This document shows positions 25,646 through 40,289 of a DNA stretch of 64,000 nucleotides, one piece after another. The stretch comes from Paraspadella gotoi (Eukaryota; Animalia; Chaetognatha): positions 4,134,402-4,198,401 of the forward strand of contig JBJCIZ010000239.1 of the NCBI GenBank assembly GCA_051294375.1, written 5' to 3'. Position 1 is the stretch's first letter. Every line of letters starts with the position of its first letter. The notes under the pieces are model-generated. The model did not search any database, was not told the origin of the DNA, and saw nothing but the letters and a program-made list of their open reading frames with translations. The position numbers were made by a program, and so were the translations under genes.

Positions 25646-28205
25646 CCCCTCTCTCCCTCTCTCTCTCCTTCCTCTTCCCTATCTCTCTCTCTCCCTCTCT
25701 CGCTCTCACTACACGAGTGGAGAGAATGATGTATAGTTCTAGGGCGACTGGTCTCACCCTTTTTCAGTTTTTCCTTGCACCGAATGCTAAAATAAGAAAA
25801 GAAAAAAAACCCACACAAAAAAAGAATTAAAAACCACCAAATATCCGCACAAATATCTGTAAAAAATTCGCATTTCTCAATCTTACCCACAATTCCAATA
25901 ACTCAAGACAAAACTGATTTTTAAAATGTTGTGTAATCTCGCTTTAGCGATTACTACAACAATCGAATTGTACACCTTTTTTTTTCGCCATTTTTGTTAA
26001 AAAAATTTCAGTTAATTAAATTTTGTGTTATTATAAGTTAAAAAATTATAATTAAAATTATTATTATTTTACTAATAATATTAATATATTACATTATTAT
26101 GTAACTATTCCTTTTATATGAGGGGTTCAATCTTAAGCGCCGTTACCAAACAACCAATCCACGGAAACCAATCACGGAACCAATCACAAAAAATTCTACC
26201 TTCAAGCCAAGGTTAATTTATTAATTCGATTCATCTATCATATTTAAATTTATTTATTCCCACAATAATATTCAAACTCATATTTTTTTTAACAGGTATA
26301 CTAGAGTTTGAATTTAAAATTACATATTTTGCGCAAGCATTTTTCCTGAAATTTATTGGTTCTTGAATTAGTTTTCTCCACCCATATTTTTCTCTCCCCT
26401 TTTTTTTTTCCTTCCTTCTTTCACTTTTCCCTTTCTTTCTTTCTGTTTTTTACTTCTTTTAATTTTCCTCATCCTTTCCCCTCTTTCTTTTCTTTTCTCT
26501 GGTCTTTCTCTCTTTTTTTTCCTTTCTTCTTTTAATATTCATGTTTCTTCTTTTCTCTCTCCCACTCATCTTTTTCTCCCTTCAGCAGGGCATTCGCGTC
26601 TCCGAAGTCCAATCTGAGCCAAAAGTTGACTAATGAGGTTCCGCAGTTGGCGCCATGGAGTTGACCGTGTTTGATGGAACGATGTTGCTGAAAAAGTTGG
26701 CGTTTTAGATTTTCAGTGCGTCAGAGTTGCTGAAAAAGAGGCATAAGGTTTAGTGGCAATGGCTCAAAGTGGCTTTTATTAGTGCATCCTAGCTAAATAC
26801 ATAGATGGCTTAGAATTACTGGTCAAAACCATTGCCCGATAAGGATGCGCGATATTTTTAAAGTTAAGCATTTAAAAATAGATTTCTTTAGATTTAGTGG
26901 TTGCTTGCGTTTAAAAATAGCGTTTCTATGAAGTCGGATCAGTGATGTGAAAAAAAGGTCGCATAGATTTGAGAGGTTCATAGTTGCTGGAAATATTGGC
27001 ATAGATTTTGGTCGCCTTTCTGAAAAGGTCGCTTAGACTTAGTGTTCAGCTCGAGTTACATGGATGTCTTAGATTCGCTGAAGAAAGGTAGCTAGATTTC
27101 AGGTGTTCAGCCATGGCTAAAAAGTAGCAAATTTAGTTGTCAAAAAGTGGCATAGATTTAGGCTGGACTTTTATGTTTAAAAGATGAGCTTTATAGCTTG
27201 ATAGAACAATGGGACCATATTTCTTAAAAGCACTACATTTTTTGCTTTAGATTTAATTAGGATAATTTAGGTTAATATAGGCGTTACTTTCTTAAACTGT
27301 ATTTATAACGTTAGGTTTAGGAATTAAAGGGATTAGGCTTACGATATTTGCGGTTAGTGTATTCAGGGGCTAAGGATTAAAGTTTGGTATAAAAGTTAGT
27401 GCATTTGTGTTAGAATACAAACATAAAATGCGTAGAACAGAAATTATATTTACACGCCTATATATACAGGTTTTCCGCCAAACACCAAAAAAAAATTGAA
27501 AAAAGAAAGAAAAAAAAGAAGTGGAAATTAAACTAGGGAAAAAAAAGGAGGAAAAGAAATGCTGCTGGAACAACCGAAAGGAAAAAAAACGCCTGAGAGG
27601 GCCTGAAAATGTGTTGTATCTTCGTTTGTTGACCGAAAGACAAAAAAAAAAGTAGGGACGTTGCCTTCAACTCAGTTGTCTTGTTGTTGTCGTTGTTGTT
27701 ATGCGTCTAGTTCGTTCGTTTTTCTTCCGTCATATTGTCGTCGTTATCGTCGTCGTCATAGTCGTCGTTTATCGTTGTCTTCAGGAAGTAATGACCTCGT
27801 AACAACGTGATTGACTGACTGCGTATATTTTATTTTTGTTTTTTTTTTGTCCTGGGCAATCGTTGGTATTTTTAGCAAAGTATTTTTTTTGTTTTTGTAT
27901 TAGTAGAAAGTTATTTTTTTATTTTTTTTTTCATTTTACTCATAAAAATGTAAAACTGAATAGCGCAACAATTTTAACATAATTTTTAAACATTCAACTC
28001 GACTTCAACATTCAAATTTAAACAACCAACAACAACGTCGACTTGAACATTCAAAATCAACTTCAACATCAACACCGACATTTCCGTTCTTCGGTTTTGG
28101 AAGGAAATTGAACCGAACGAAAAAAAATTTCACAAAAAAAAAAAAAATATCCTATTCTTGGGCCCGCAAATAAACCATTTCCTGTCTCTGTCTCGTCTCC
28201 TCTCT

Positions 28206-28241
<36 letters not shown>

Positions 28242-28334
28242 TCTCTCTCTNNNNNNNNNNNNNNNNNNNNNNNNNCGACGATGACGACGACGACGCCCAA
28301 AGAAGCGTCGTGTCGCGTTGCGAGGTCGAGAAGA

Positions 28335-28790
28335 AGAGAGACGGGGGCGAAACGTGGCGCAAAATTACGCGTTATGGCGTTCCGTGGCGCGGCGCTGACT
28401 GACGCAGGATGGCGTTCCGTGACGTGGGAATTATTGACACAGTATGGCGTTCCGTGGCGCGGCGTTGGCTGACGCGGCAAAATATGACGCAGTATGGAAT
28501 TCTGTGGCGCGGCGCTGGATGACGTTTTGTGGCGTTCCGTGGCGCAGTGCTGGATGACGCGGTATGGCATTCCGTGGCGAGACACTGGACGACGATGTTT
28601 GGTGTTCCCTAGCGCGGCAATAGATGCCGCAGTATGGCGTTCTGTGGCGCGGCGCTTAATGATGCAGTATTGCGTTACGTGGCGTAGCAATAGATAATTC
28701 TAGATGGTGCTCTATGGCGCGGCGCTAGATTACGTTTTGTGGCGTTCGGTGGCGCAGCGCCAGATGAAGGCGGGATGGCGTACCGCTTAA
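28335..28790. repeat. GC-rich minisatellite (about 39-bp degenerate unit, gtggcgcggcgctg..gacgcagtatggcgttcc)
   Basis: Repeated tggcgcggc / gacgc / tggcgttc motifs. A noisy duplicate lies at about 22540-23080. Confidence 0.8.
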
Positions 28791-28816
28791 AAGATAAATA
28801 GAATATAACAAAGATA

Positions 28817-28932
<116 letters not shown>

Positions 28933-30310
28933 AAAAAAGAAAGAAAGGAAAAAGAAAATAAATTAAAAAAGGAAAAAGTAATGAAGAACAATGTTAAAAA
29001 GCGATGACAATGCCTTTCGGGTAAAATTATTACAACAACCAAAATAGCAATATTAATTAAATTAAAAAAAAAGAGATTGTAAGATTTAAACTTATCAACC
29101 TAAATCATAAATGAAGTGGGCAATTGTCCGAATTGTTTGCCCAAAATTTGTTAATTATTGATTTTTAATTATTCTTAATAATAGACGTAACTTAATATTA
29201 TTATATTAATTAAATATTTATTAATAATTATTTAGACTTAATAATATTTTATAACAATAATTTTTATATCAGACTTTCTAATCTAACATTTATTTTTTAT
29301 CTCTCGATATCCTTTTTTTTTTTCTTTTCTTTTTTTTTTTTCTTTTTATTTTTTCCCTCTTTTTCTCCGAAAACTGAAACCTCGACGAATCGTGAAATAA
29401 ACATCTAAAAAAAAATCAAAAGGCATTGGATTCGATTTTAGTTTATTTTATTATCTATTTTTTTGATGCTCTATGACATAGGTTTTTTGTACAAAATATT
29501 TTTAAATTTTTAACCTTTATCGTTTAATTCCTAGTTCCTCGATATTTGACAGGTTTATTATTCAATATTGAAGATGGTGTGAAAGATGTACCGTATAAGG
29601 ACGTTTAGGTAAAAATTTCTGGCCACTTTTCGATCGCCCAATATTTTTTCGCGGAGCATTTTTAACACGCTGTCTCAACAAGCAATTCCGTGAGATATTT
29701 CGTGATTTATTTATTTCACTTGATAACTCGATGTTTCGATTTGCTATGAACTCTGTTTGCAAACGAATTTCCAACGGACTTTTTAATGAAAAATACAATT
29801 TCATAAACTTTGATACGACTTTCTTCTTCCCAGTCCTGGGGAATCTCGTTAAACAATTCTACTGCGGGGCCCGAAATACAACGTTTAGCATGAGAAAATA
29901 TAAACAAATTTTCTACAAAATGTTTAGTTATATATTTCGGGGGTTTTTTTTATTTCAATTTTCGAAAATTTCTGGCGTAAATTTTTTCAAAAAGTACACT
30001 TTAGACATTACAAATGTTTTCACACCATTATTACATCGTGAAAATTTTGTGTGTGAAGGAGAAAAAACGAAGGTATAAATATTCATGAAAATTTCACAAA
30101 AATAAGAAAAAAAAAAGAAAAAACGAAAGAAAGAAAAAAAGATTTGCATAATTGACGATTTCCTTTGTCGATTTCGCACTCTCTCTCTCGTCTCTTCTCC
30201 TCTCTCGTCTCTCTCTCTCTCTCCTCATCATCTCATCTCTCTCTCTTTCTTTCTTTATTAGAAATGAAGTCAGTGAAAACCGTGAAATCTAAGTCCGTGA
30301 AACGAAGAGA

Positions 30311-30342
<32 letters not shown>

Positions 30343-33300
30343 AGAAGAGAGAGAGAGACAGAGTCGTGCCAAAAATCGCAGTTTACAAAATTTCTTTCTT
30401 TGGCAAAACTTTCCGACTCCTCGTCACAATAATCCCATTGGACGCGCCATGGGAAAAGGAAAAGGGAATTGTCCCTCTGTCTCTATCTTCGTGTCTCTGT
30501 CTCTATCTTCGTGTCTCTGTCTCTCTCTTCGTGTCCCCTGTCGTCAGTGTCCTCTTCTTTCTAAGGTCTCTGTTCTCTCTTGTATTTTTTTTTTTCAGGT
30601 ACTGATGATTTTTTTTTGTTTTTCTTATTTTTCAAAGCTTTCCAATAACTAAAAATTCTCTCTCTCTCTCTCTCCTCGTCCTCCTCTCTCATCTCTCTCT
30701 CTCTCTCTCCTCTCTCGCCTCACTACACGAGATGAGAAGAATGATGTATTGGTCTAGGGCGACTGGTCTCAACCCTTTCATTTTTTCCGGTCAACCGAAC
30801 TAAAAATTAAGAAAAGAAAAAAAAACCCCACACAAAAAAAAGAATAAAAACCACAAAATATCCGCACAAAAATCTGTAAAAATTCTATTATTACCCACCA
30901 TATCCAATAACGTCAAGACAAAACGATTTAAAATGTGTTTTAAGCTCCGCTTTAAAGCGATTTACTACAACAATCATAATTGTACACCTTTTTTTCACCA
31001 TTTTGTAAAAAAAATTTCAGTATTTAAATTTGTTGTTATATAGTTTAAAAAATTATATTAAATATTATTACTGTTATGCATCATAATATTTGTAACAATT
31101 CCTTTATATGTAGGGGTTCAAATCTTAAGGCTGTTATAGACACGCAATCACGGAACCAATCAACAATTCTACCTCAGTAAGAGCCAAATTAATTATTAAT
31201 TCGATTCTATCTATCATTTTAATTATTTATCCCACAATAATAATTCAAAAGTCATATTTTTTTATAGGTATACTAAGAGTGAATTAACATTTTAACATAT
31301 TTTGGTGGCAGCCATTTTTTCCAGCAATTTTATTTTGGTCTTGAATTAGTTTCTCCCACCCATATTTTCTCTCCCCTTTTTTTTTCACCCTTCTTCTTCT
31401 AACTTTTTCCCTTTTCCTTTCTTCTCTGTTTTACTTCTTTTAATTTTCCTCCATCCTTTCCCTCTTCTTTCTTTTCTTCTGGTCCTTTCTCATCTTTTTT
31501 TTTTTTCCCCCTGTCTTTTCTTTTCATTATTTTTTCATGTTTCTTCTTTCTCTCTCTCCCACTCTATCTTTTTCTTCCCTTCACAGGCATTCGCGTCTCG
31601 AAGTCAATTCAGAGCCGAACAGTTGACTAATGAAAGGTTCCCAGTTGGCGCCAACGAAGTTGACCGTGTTTTGGGGACGATGGTTTGGCTGAAAAAAAAA
31701 AGGCGGCGTAGATTTTAGTGGTGCGCCATTGGCTGAAAAGGGGGCCTAAATTTTAGTGGCAGGGTGGCTGATAAAAAGAGGCATAGGTTAGTTGGCATGG
31801 CTAAAAAAGTGGCTTATTTATGGTCCATCCTAGCTAAATTGCATAGATGGCTTAGAATTACTGTCACATTGCCGATAAGATGGGTTTAAGTTAAGCATTG
31901 TGTATAGAACCGAAGTTAAGGCATTAAAAATAGATTTCTTAAGATTTAGTGGTCGCCTGGCTTAAGAAATAGGTTTCTATGAAGTGGTCAGTGGATGTGA
32001 AAAAGGTCGCAATAAGATTTGGTAGGTCATAGTTGCAGAAATAATTTGGCATAGATTTGTGTTCTATCTTTCTGAAAAGGTCGCTGAGACTTAGTGTTCA
32101 GTAGGTTACATGGATGTCTTAGATTCGCTGAGAAAGGTAGCTTAGATTCAGTGTTTCAGCATGGGCTAAAAGGGTAGAAAATTTAGTTGTCAAAAAGATG
32201 GCATAGATTTAGGCGGAACTCTTATGTTTAAAAGATTTAGCTTTAAGCTTGATAACAATGGGCCATATTTCTTAAAAGCACACATTTTTTCTTTAGATTA
32301 AATTTAGGATAATTTAGGTTAATATAGGTAAACTTCTTAAACTGTATAACGGTTTAGGTTTTAGGAATTAAGATTAGGCTTACGTATTTGGGTTAAGATA
32401 TTGGGCTAAGGAATATAGTTTGGTATAAGGTGCATTTGTGTTAGATACAACATAAAATGGTTAGAAACAGAATTTATATTTACACGCTTATAAAATATAC
32501 ATACAGGTTCGCCAAAGACAAAAAAAAAATAGAAAAAAAGAAAGAAAAAAAAGAAGGAAAATAAAATAGGAAAAAGAAGAAAAAGAAAATGCTGATAGAA
32601 CAACGGAAGGAAAAAAACGCCGAGAGCGAAAAGTTGTGTATCTTTCGTTGTGACGAAAAGACAAAAAAAAGTAGGACGTTGCCTTCTACTCAGTTTTCGT
32701 GTTGTTGTCGTTGTTGTTGTCGTCTAGTCGTCGTTTTCATTCGTTATCGCGTCGTCATAGTCGTCGTTTCGTTGTCTTCAAGAGTAATCGACCGTCGTCA
32801 AACTGTTATTGACTGACTGCGTAATTTTTTTTTTTCCTTGGATCATCGTTTGTATTTTAAGCGAAGTTAAAATTTTTGTGTTTGTTTTATAGTAATGAAA
32901 GTGTTTTTTTTTTTTAAAATTTTCAATTGACATTTTCCTTGAGTTTTTTTCAGAAATTGTTTTTTTTTTCATTTACTCAAAAAAAATAGTAAAAACTGAA
33001 ATAAGCGACAACAAATTTTAAACATAATTTTAAACATCAACATCGACTTCAACAAAATTTAAACAACATCGTCTTCACATCATTTTTGAACAATCAAAAT
33101 CAACTTCAGCATAATGTTTAACATCAATATCAACTTTAACATCTTTTAAACATCAACATCAAGTATCAACACTTATTTGTAAACATCAAGAAAATTTTAA
33201 CATAATTTTTAAACATCAAAAATCAACTTCAAAGTAATTTTTAAACTTCAATATCAACTTCAACATCTTTTTAAACACAACATCAATTTAAACGTAAATT

Positions 33301-33597
33301 TTAAACATTAACATCGACTTAAATTAAATCGAATTAAAACACAACGTCTACTTCAACTTGAACATCAAAATCAACTTCAACATAATTTTAAAAAAACCCA
33401 TCAATATCAACAACTTCAAAACATCAACACCGACATTTCGCGTCCTTCGTTTTGAAGGAAATGACCGAACGAAAAAAAAAAAAAATTTCACCAAAAAAAA
33501 AAATATCCATTCTGCCTGCGCCATAAAACCATTCCTGTCTCTGTCTCTTGTCCTCCCTTCTCTCCTCTCTCTCTCTCATTCTCTCTCTCTCTCTCTC

Positions 33598-34125
33598 TTC
33601 CGGGAGAGATTCCCCGTTTTGACTCTTCTTTATTTACGCGGCCCTTCCCTTCCCTCTGGAATTCTAATAGAAGTTTCGTTGTTTTCTTGACAGAGAACGT
33701 CCTTCTCCCTCCTCTCTCTCTCTCTCTCACGTCTCTCTCTCTCTCTCTTCCGGGAGAGATTCCCCGTTTGACTCTTCTTTTATTTACGGCCTTCCTCCCT
33801 CTGGAATTCTAATTAGAGTTTCGTTGTTTTCCTTCTGACAGAAGAACGTCTCTCCCTCTCTCCTCTCTCATCATCTCTCTCTCTCTCTCCGGGAGAGATT
33901 CACCGTTTGACTTTCTTTATTTACGGCCTTCCCTTCCCTCTGAAATTCTAATAGAGTTTCGTTGTTTTTCTGACAGAGGAACGTCTCTCCTCTCATCTCA
34001 TCTCTCTCTTCTCTACTCTCTCTCTCTTCCGGGAGAGATTCCCCGTTTTGACTTTCTTTTATTTACGGGCTTCCCTTCCCTCTGGAAATTCTAAATAGAG
34101 TTTCGTTGTTTTCTGACAGAGAACG

Positions 34126-34173
<48 letters not shown>

Positions 34174-36050
34174 TCCGGGAGAGATTCCTGTTTTGAACTC
34201 TTTTCTTTTATTTACGGCCTTCCCCTTCCTCTGGAAATCTATAGAGTTTCGTTGTTTTCCCTGACAGAGAACGTCTCTTCTCCCTCTCTCAGTCTCTCTC
34301 TCTCATCTCTTCCGGGAAGATTACCCCGTTTGACTCTTCTTTTATTTACGGCCTTCCTTCCCTCTGGAAATTCCTAATAGAGTTTCGTTGTTTTCTGACA
34401 GAGAACGTCTCTCCCTCTCTCTCTCTCCTCTCTCTCTCTCTTTCCGGGAGAGATTCCCCGTTTTGAACTCTTCTTTTTATTTACGGCCTTCCTCCCGCTC
34501 TGGAAAATTCTAATAGAGTTTCGTTGTTTTCTGACAGAAGAACGTCTCCCCTCTCTCTCTCTCTCTCCTCTCTCTCTTTCTCTCTTCCGGGAGAGATTCC
34601 CCGTTTTGCTCTTCTTATTACGGGCCTTCCCTTCCCTTCGGAAAATTGCTAATAAGTTTCGTTGTTTTCTGACAGAGAACGTCTCTCTCTCTCTCTCTCC
34701 TAACATCTCTCCTCTCTCTCATCTCTCTCTTCTGGGAGAGTCCCCGTTTTGACCTCTTTTATTTTTTACGGCCTTCCCTCCCTCTGGAAATTCTAATAGA
34801 GTTCGTTGTTTTCTGACAGAGAACGTCCTCTCCCTCTCTCTCTCTCTCCTTCGTCTCTCTTCCAGGGAGAGATTCCCCGTTTTGACTCTTCTTTATTTAC
34901 GGCCTTCCCTCCCTCTGGAAATTCTAATAGAGTTTCGTTGTTTCTGACAGAGAATCGTCTCTCCCGTCATCTCTCTCTCTCTCTCTTTCCGGGAGAAGAT
35001 TCCCGTTTTGAACTCTTCTTTTATTTACGGCCTTCCCTTCCCCTCTGGAAATTCTAATAGAGTTTTTCGTTGTTTTCTTCCCTCTCTGACAAGAGAACGT
35101 CTCTCCCTCTCTCTCTCTCGTCTCTCTCTCTCTCATCTCTTCTCGGGAAGAGATTCCCCGTTTTGACTCCTTCTTTTATTTACGGCCTTCCTTCCCTCTG
35201 GTAAATTCTAATAGAGTTCGTTGTTTTCTGACAGAGAACGTCTCTCCCTCTCTCTCTTCTCTCTCGTCTTCTCTCTCTTCTCTTTCGGGAGAGATTCCCT
35301 TTGACTTTCCTTTATTTACGGGCCTTCCAATTCCCTCTTGGAAATTCTAATAGAGTTTCGTTGTTTTCTGACAGAGAAACGTCTCTCCCTCTCTCTTCTC
35401 TCTCTCGTCTCTCTTCCGGGAGAGATTCCCTTTTTGACTCTCTTTTTATTTACGGGCTTCCCCTCCCTCTGGAAATTCTAATAGAAGTTTTCGTTTGTTT
35501 TCTGACAGAGAACGTCTCCTCCTCTCTCTTCCTCGTCTCTTCTCTCGTCATCCCGCAGCCTCCTCTCCTCTCTTCATCTCTTCCGGGAGAGATCCGTTTT
35601 GACTCTCTTTTTATTTAAACGGCCTTCTTCCTTCCCTGGAAATTCTAATAGAGTTTCGTTGTTTTCTGACAGAGAACGTCTCTCCTCTCTCTCGTCTCTC
35701 TCTCTCTCTCTCTCTCTCTTCCGGAGAGATTACCCGTTTTGACATCTCTTTTTATTTAACGGCCCTTTCTTCCCTCTGGAATTCTAATCAGAATTTCGTT
35801 TGTTTTCTGACAGAGAACTGTCTCTCCCCCCTCATCTCTCTTCTCTCTCTCTCTCTCTCATCTCTCATCTTACCGGGGAGAGATTTCCCCAGTTTGACTC
35901 TTCTTTTTTAATTTACGCTCTTCCCTTCCCTCTCTTTGGAAATTCTAATAGAGGTTTTTCGTTGTTTCCCTTCCTTGACAGAGAAACGTTCTCCCTCCTT
36001 CTTCTCTCTCTCCTCTCTCTCTCTCGTCTCTTCTCTCTTTCTCACCAGAG
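33598..36050. repeat. Tandem array: about 17 copies of an approximately 100-bp core plus a variable (CT)n linker (period about 140-150 bp)
   Basis: Core ccgggagagattccccgttttgactcttctt..ggaaattctaatagagtttcgttgttttctgacagagaacgtc. Units start near 33600, 33750, 33889, 34029, 34175, 34312, 34444, 34587, 34732, 34862, 34989, 35144, 35286, 35415, 35583, 35721 and 35874. Only one unit is present at 40866-40965. Confidence 0.92.
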
Positions 36051-37532
36051 AACCAGAGGGAAGGGGAAACACCGGAGTTAATTTCGAGTTACACATTTTT
36101 TAAAAACCTTTTTGTCCTAACATTTTATTTACAGTAAACATTTATCGAACGAAACATTTTGGCAAAATTCGACAATGATAAAAATTTGTTGTTTTTTTTT
36201 CCATTTTTGGAAATTAAAATTAATGACGATCGATGAAATTTTTAATTTAAAACAATATGAAAAACTATGATATACGATTGAACGAAAGAACGACGAATGA
36301 AGTTATAGATATAGTGAATGTTGAGTAACTTCTCTAACAGGTTGTCGCTCAAGGGTAAACTTCAGCTTTAAAATGAAAGAAATGAATGAATGAATGAATA
36401 ACTGAATGAATGAGCAAATTAAGGAATGAATGAATGAATGAAATGAAAATGAATGAATGAATGAATGAATTAATGAAATTAATGAATGAAATGAATGAAT
36501 GAATGAATGAATGAATTAAATAAATGAATGAATGAAGGAAATCAATTGAATGAATGTATAAATGATGAATGAACGAATTAAATCAATGAACGAATGAATG
36601 AATGCAGGACTGAATGAATGAATATAAATTTAAATTAAATGAAGAAATGAAACGAATAAATGAAAAATAAATGAAACGACGCCGGGCCATAAAATTCGAT
36701 ATTCCATTAGGCAACTCACGACTAGCACCAAAATTAATTAGTAATTAAGATATTTTTTCTGAATTTAAGACTAATTAAATTAAAAAATATTAAAAGAACT
36801 CTCAAAGTGTTTATTAATATAATTACAAATATAAATAAAAATATTTTCAATTAAAAGTAAGAAAAATCATTATTAGAAAATAATAAACGTCCATGGTTAA
36901 AGGATAATATTTGTGAATGGGTTAGAAATGAATAATATTTTTCAATTATATTACTTATTTTCATGGTCGTGTTTTTTTTTTTTTTCCAGCCTACGGGGGG
37001 GCGCTACTTAATAATAAACCATGAAGTTATGAGGAGAGAGAGAGAGAGAGGGAAGGAGAAGAGGAGAANNNNNNNNNNNNNNNNNNNNNNNNNACTTGAT
37101 AACTCGATGTTTCGTTTGCTATGAAACTCTGTTGCACGAATTTCCAACGGACTTTTTATGAAAATACAATTTCATAACTTTGATACGACTTTCTTCTTCC
37201 CAGTCCTGTGGGAATCTCGTTAAACAATTCTACTGCGGGCGAAATACAACGTTTAGCATAGAAAATATAAACAAATTTTCTACAAAATGTTTATGTTATA
37301 TATTTCGGGGTTTTTTTATTTCAATTTTGAAATTTCTGGCGTAAATTTTTTCAAAAAGTACACTTTAGACATTACAAATTTTCACACCTTATTACATCGT
37401 GAAAATTTTGTGTGTGAAAGAAAAAACGAAGGTATAAATATTTCATGAAATTTCACAAAAATAAGAAAAAAAAGAAAAAACGAAAGAAAGAAAAAAGATT
37501 TGCATAATTGACGATTTCCTTTGTCGATTTCG

Positions 37533-37569
<37 letters not shown>

Positions 37570-37614
37570 CTTTATTCGAATGAAGTCAGTGAAAACCGTG
37601 AAATCTAGTCGTGA

Positions 37615-37664
<50 letters not shown>

Positions 37665-38987
37665 TCGTGCCAAAATCGCAGTGACAAATTTCTTTGGCAA
37701 AACTTTCCGACTCCTCGTCACAATAATCCCATTGACGCGCCATGGGAAAAGAAAAGGGATTGTCTCTGTCTCTATCTTCGTGTCTCTGTCTCTATCTTCG
37801 TGTCTCTGTCTCTCTCTTCGTGTCCCTGTCTCAGTGTCTCTCTTTCTAGGTCTCTGTCTCTCTCTTTGTATTTTTTTTTCAGGTACTGATGATTTTTTAT
37901 TGTTTTCTTATTTTTCANNNNNNNNNNNNNNNNNNNNNNNNNNNNNNNNNNNNNNNNNNNNNNNNNNNNNNNNNNNNNNNNNNNNNNNNNNNNNNNNNNN
38001 NNNNNNNNNNNNNNNNNNNNNNNNNNNNNNNNNNNNNNNNNNNNNNNNNNNNNNNNNNNNNNNNNNNNNNNNNTCTCTCTCTCTCTCTCCCTCTCTCGCT
38101 CTCACTACACGAGATGAGAGAATGATGTATTGGTCTAGGGCGACTGGTCTCACCCTTTCAGTTTTTCCGGTCACCGAAGCTAAAATAAGAAAAGAAAAAA
38201 AAAACCCACACAAAAAAAGAATAAAAACCACAAAATATCCGCACAAAAATCTGTAAAAATTCTATTCTTTACCCACCATTCCAATAACTCAAGACAAAAC
38301 TGATTTAAAATGTTGTTGTAAGCTCGCTTTAGCGATTTACTACAACAATCTAATTGTACACCTTTTTTTCACCATTTTGTAAAAAAAATTTCAGTATTTA
38401 AATTTGTGTTATTATAGTTAAAAAATTATATTAAATANNNNNNNNNNNNNNNNNNNNNNNNNNNNNNNNNNNNNNNNNNNNNNNNNNNNNNNNNNNNNNN
38501 NNNNNNNNNNNNNNNNNNNNNNNNNNNNNNNNNNNNNNNNNNNNNNNNNNNNNNNNNNNNNNNNNNNNNNNNNNNNNNNCACCTTTTTTTTCAGCAACAT
38601 CGTCCACAAAACACGGTCGACTCGATGACGCAACTCGGAACCTCATTAGTCAACTTTTGGCTCTGATTGACTTCGAGACGCGATTGCCTGTTGAAGGGAG
38701 AAAAAGATAGAGTGGGAGAGAGAAAGAGAAACATGAAAAATAATGAAAAGAAAAGAAAGGAAAAAAAAATAGAGAGAAAGACAGAAGAAAAGAAAGAAAG
38801 AGGGAAAGGATGAGGAAAATTAAAGAAGTAAAAACAGAAAGAAAGAAAAAGGGAAAAAGTTAGAAAGGAAGAAGGGGAAAAAAAAAGGGGGAGAGAAAAT
38901 TGGGTAGAGAAACTAATTCAAGAACCAAAATAAATTGCGGAAAAATGGCTGCACCAAAATATGTAAAATGTTAATTCACTCTTAGTA

Positions 38988-39520
38988 GCGTAGATTTTAG
39001 TGGTCGCCATTGCTGAAAAGGGGGCCTAAATTTAGTGGTCAGGGTTGCTGAAAAAGAGGCATAGGTTTAGTGGCATGGCTAAAAAGTGGCTTTTATTTAG
39101 TGGTCATCCTAGCTAAATGCATAGATGGCTTAGAATTACTGGTCACCATTGCCGATAAGATGGGATATTTTTAAAGTTAAGCATTGTGTATAGACGAAGT
39201 TAAGCATTAAAAAATAGATTTCTTAGATTTAGTGGTCGGCCTGGCTTAAAAATAGGTTTCTATGAAGTGGTCAGTGATGTGAAAAAGGTCGCATAGATTT
39301 GGAGGTCATAGTTGCTGAAATATTTGGCATAGATTTTGTGTTCGTCTTTTCTGAAAAGGTCGCTGAGACTTAGTGTTCAGCTAGGTTACATGGATGTCTT
39401 AGATTCGCTGAGAAAGGTAGCTTAGATTCAGTGTTCAGCATGGCTAAAAGGGTAGAAAATTTAGTTGTCAAAAAGTGGCATAGATTTAGCGGACTCTTAT
39501 GTTTAAAAGATTTAGCTTTA
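38988..39520. repeat. Degenerate about 35-bp tandem repeat (tagatttagtggtc..gctgaaaa..gg)
   Basis: Recurring tagatt(t)agtg / gctgaaaa / ggcata motifs. Duplicates at about 26690-27170 and 31700-32220. Confidence 0.7.
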
Positions 39521-40289
39521 TAGCTTGATAGACAATGGGCCATATTTCTTAAAAGCACTACATTTTTTCTTAGATTTAATTAGGATAATTTAGGTTAATA
39601 TAGGTAACTTTCTTAAACTGTATAACGGTTAGGTTTAGGAATTAAGGATTAGGCTTACGTATTTGGGTTAGATATTGGGGCTAAGGATTATAGTTTGGTA
39701 TAAAGGTTAGGCATTTGTGTTAGATACAACATAAAATGGTTAGAAACAGAAATTATATTTACACGCTTATAAAATATACATACAGGTTTTCGCCAAAGAC
39801 AAAAAAAAAATAGAAAAAAGAAAGAAAAAAAAGAAGGAAAATAAAATAGGGAAAAAAGAAGAAAAAGAAAATGCTGATAGAACAACGGAAGGAAAAAAAC
39901 GCCGAGAGCGAAAATGTTGTGTATCTTCGTTTGTGACGAAAAGACAAAAAAAAAGTAGGACGTTGCCTTCTACTCAGTTTTCGTTGTTGTTGTCGTTGTT
40001 GTTGTCGTCGTAGTCGTCGTTTTCTTCGTTATCGTCGTCGTCATAGTCGTCGTTTTCGTTGTCTTCAGAGTAATCGACCTCGTCAACGTTATTGACTGAC
40101 TGCGTATATTTTTTTTTTCCTTGGATAATCGTTTGTATTTTTAGCGAAGTATTTTTGTTTTGTTTTTATTAGTATGAAAGTGTTTTTTTTTTTTAAATTT
40201 TTCATTGACATTTTCGTTGAGTTTTTTTCAGAAATTGTTTTTTTTTTCATTTACTCATAAAAATGTAAAACTGAATAAGCGACAACAAT

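Noticed and set aside
33640-33705. Hammerhead ribozyme in the tandem unit (GAAA..hairpin..CTGACAGA)
   Set aside because: The core reads CUGACAG rather than CUGANGA, and stem I cannot pair.
33598-36050. CRISPR-like array
   Set aside because: The core is about 100 bp, the spacers are only (CT)n microsatellite, there are no cas genes, and the context is eukaryotic.
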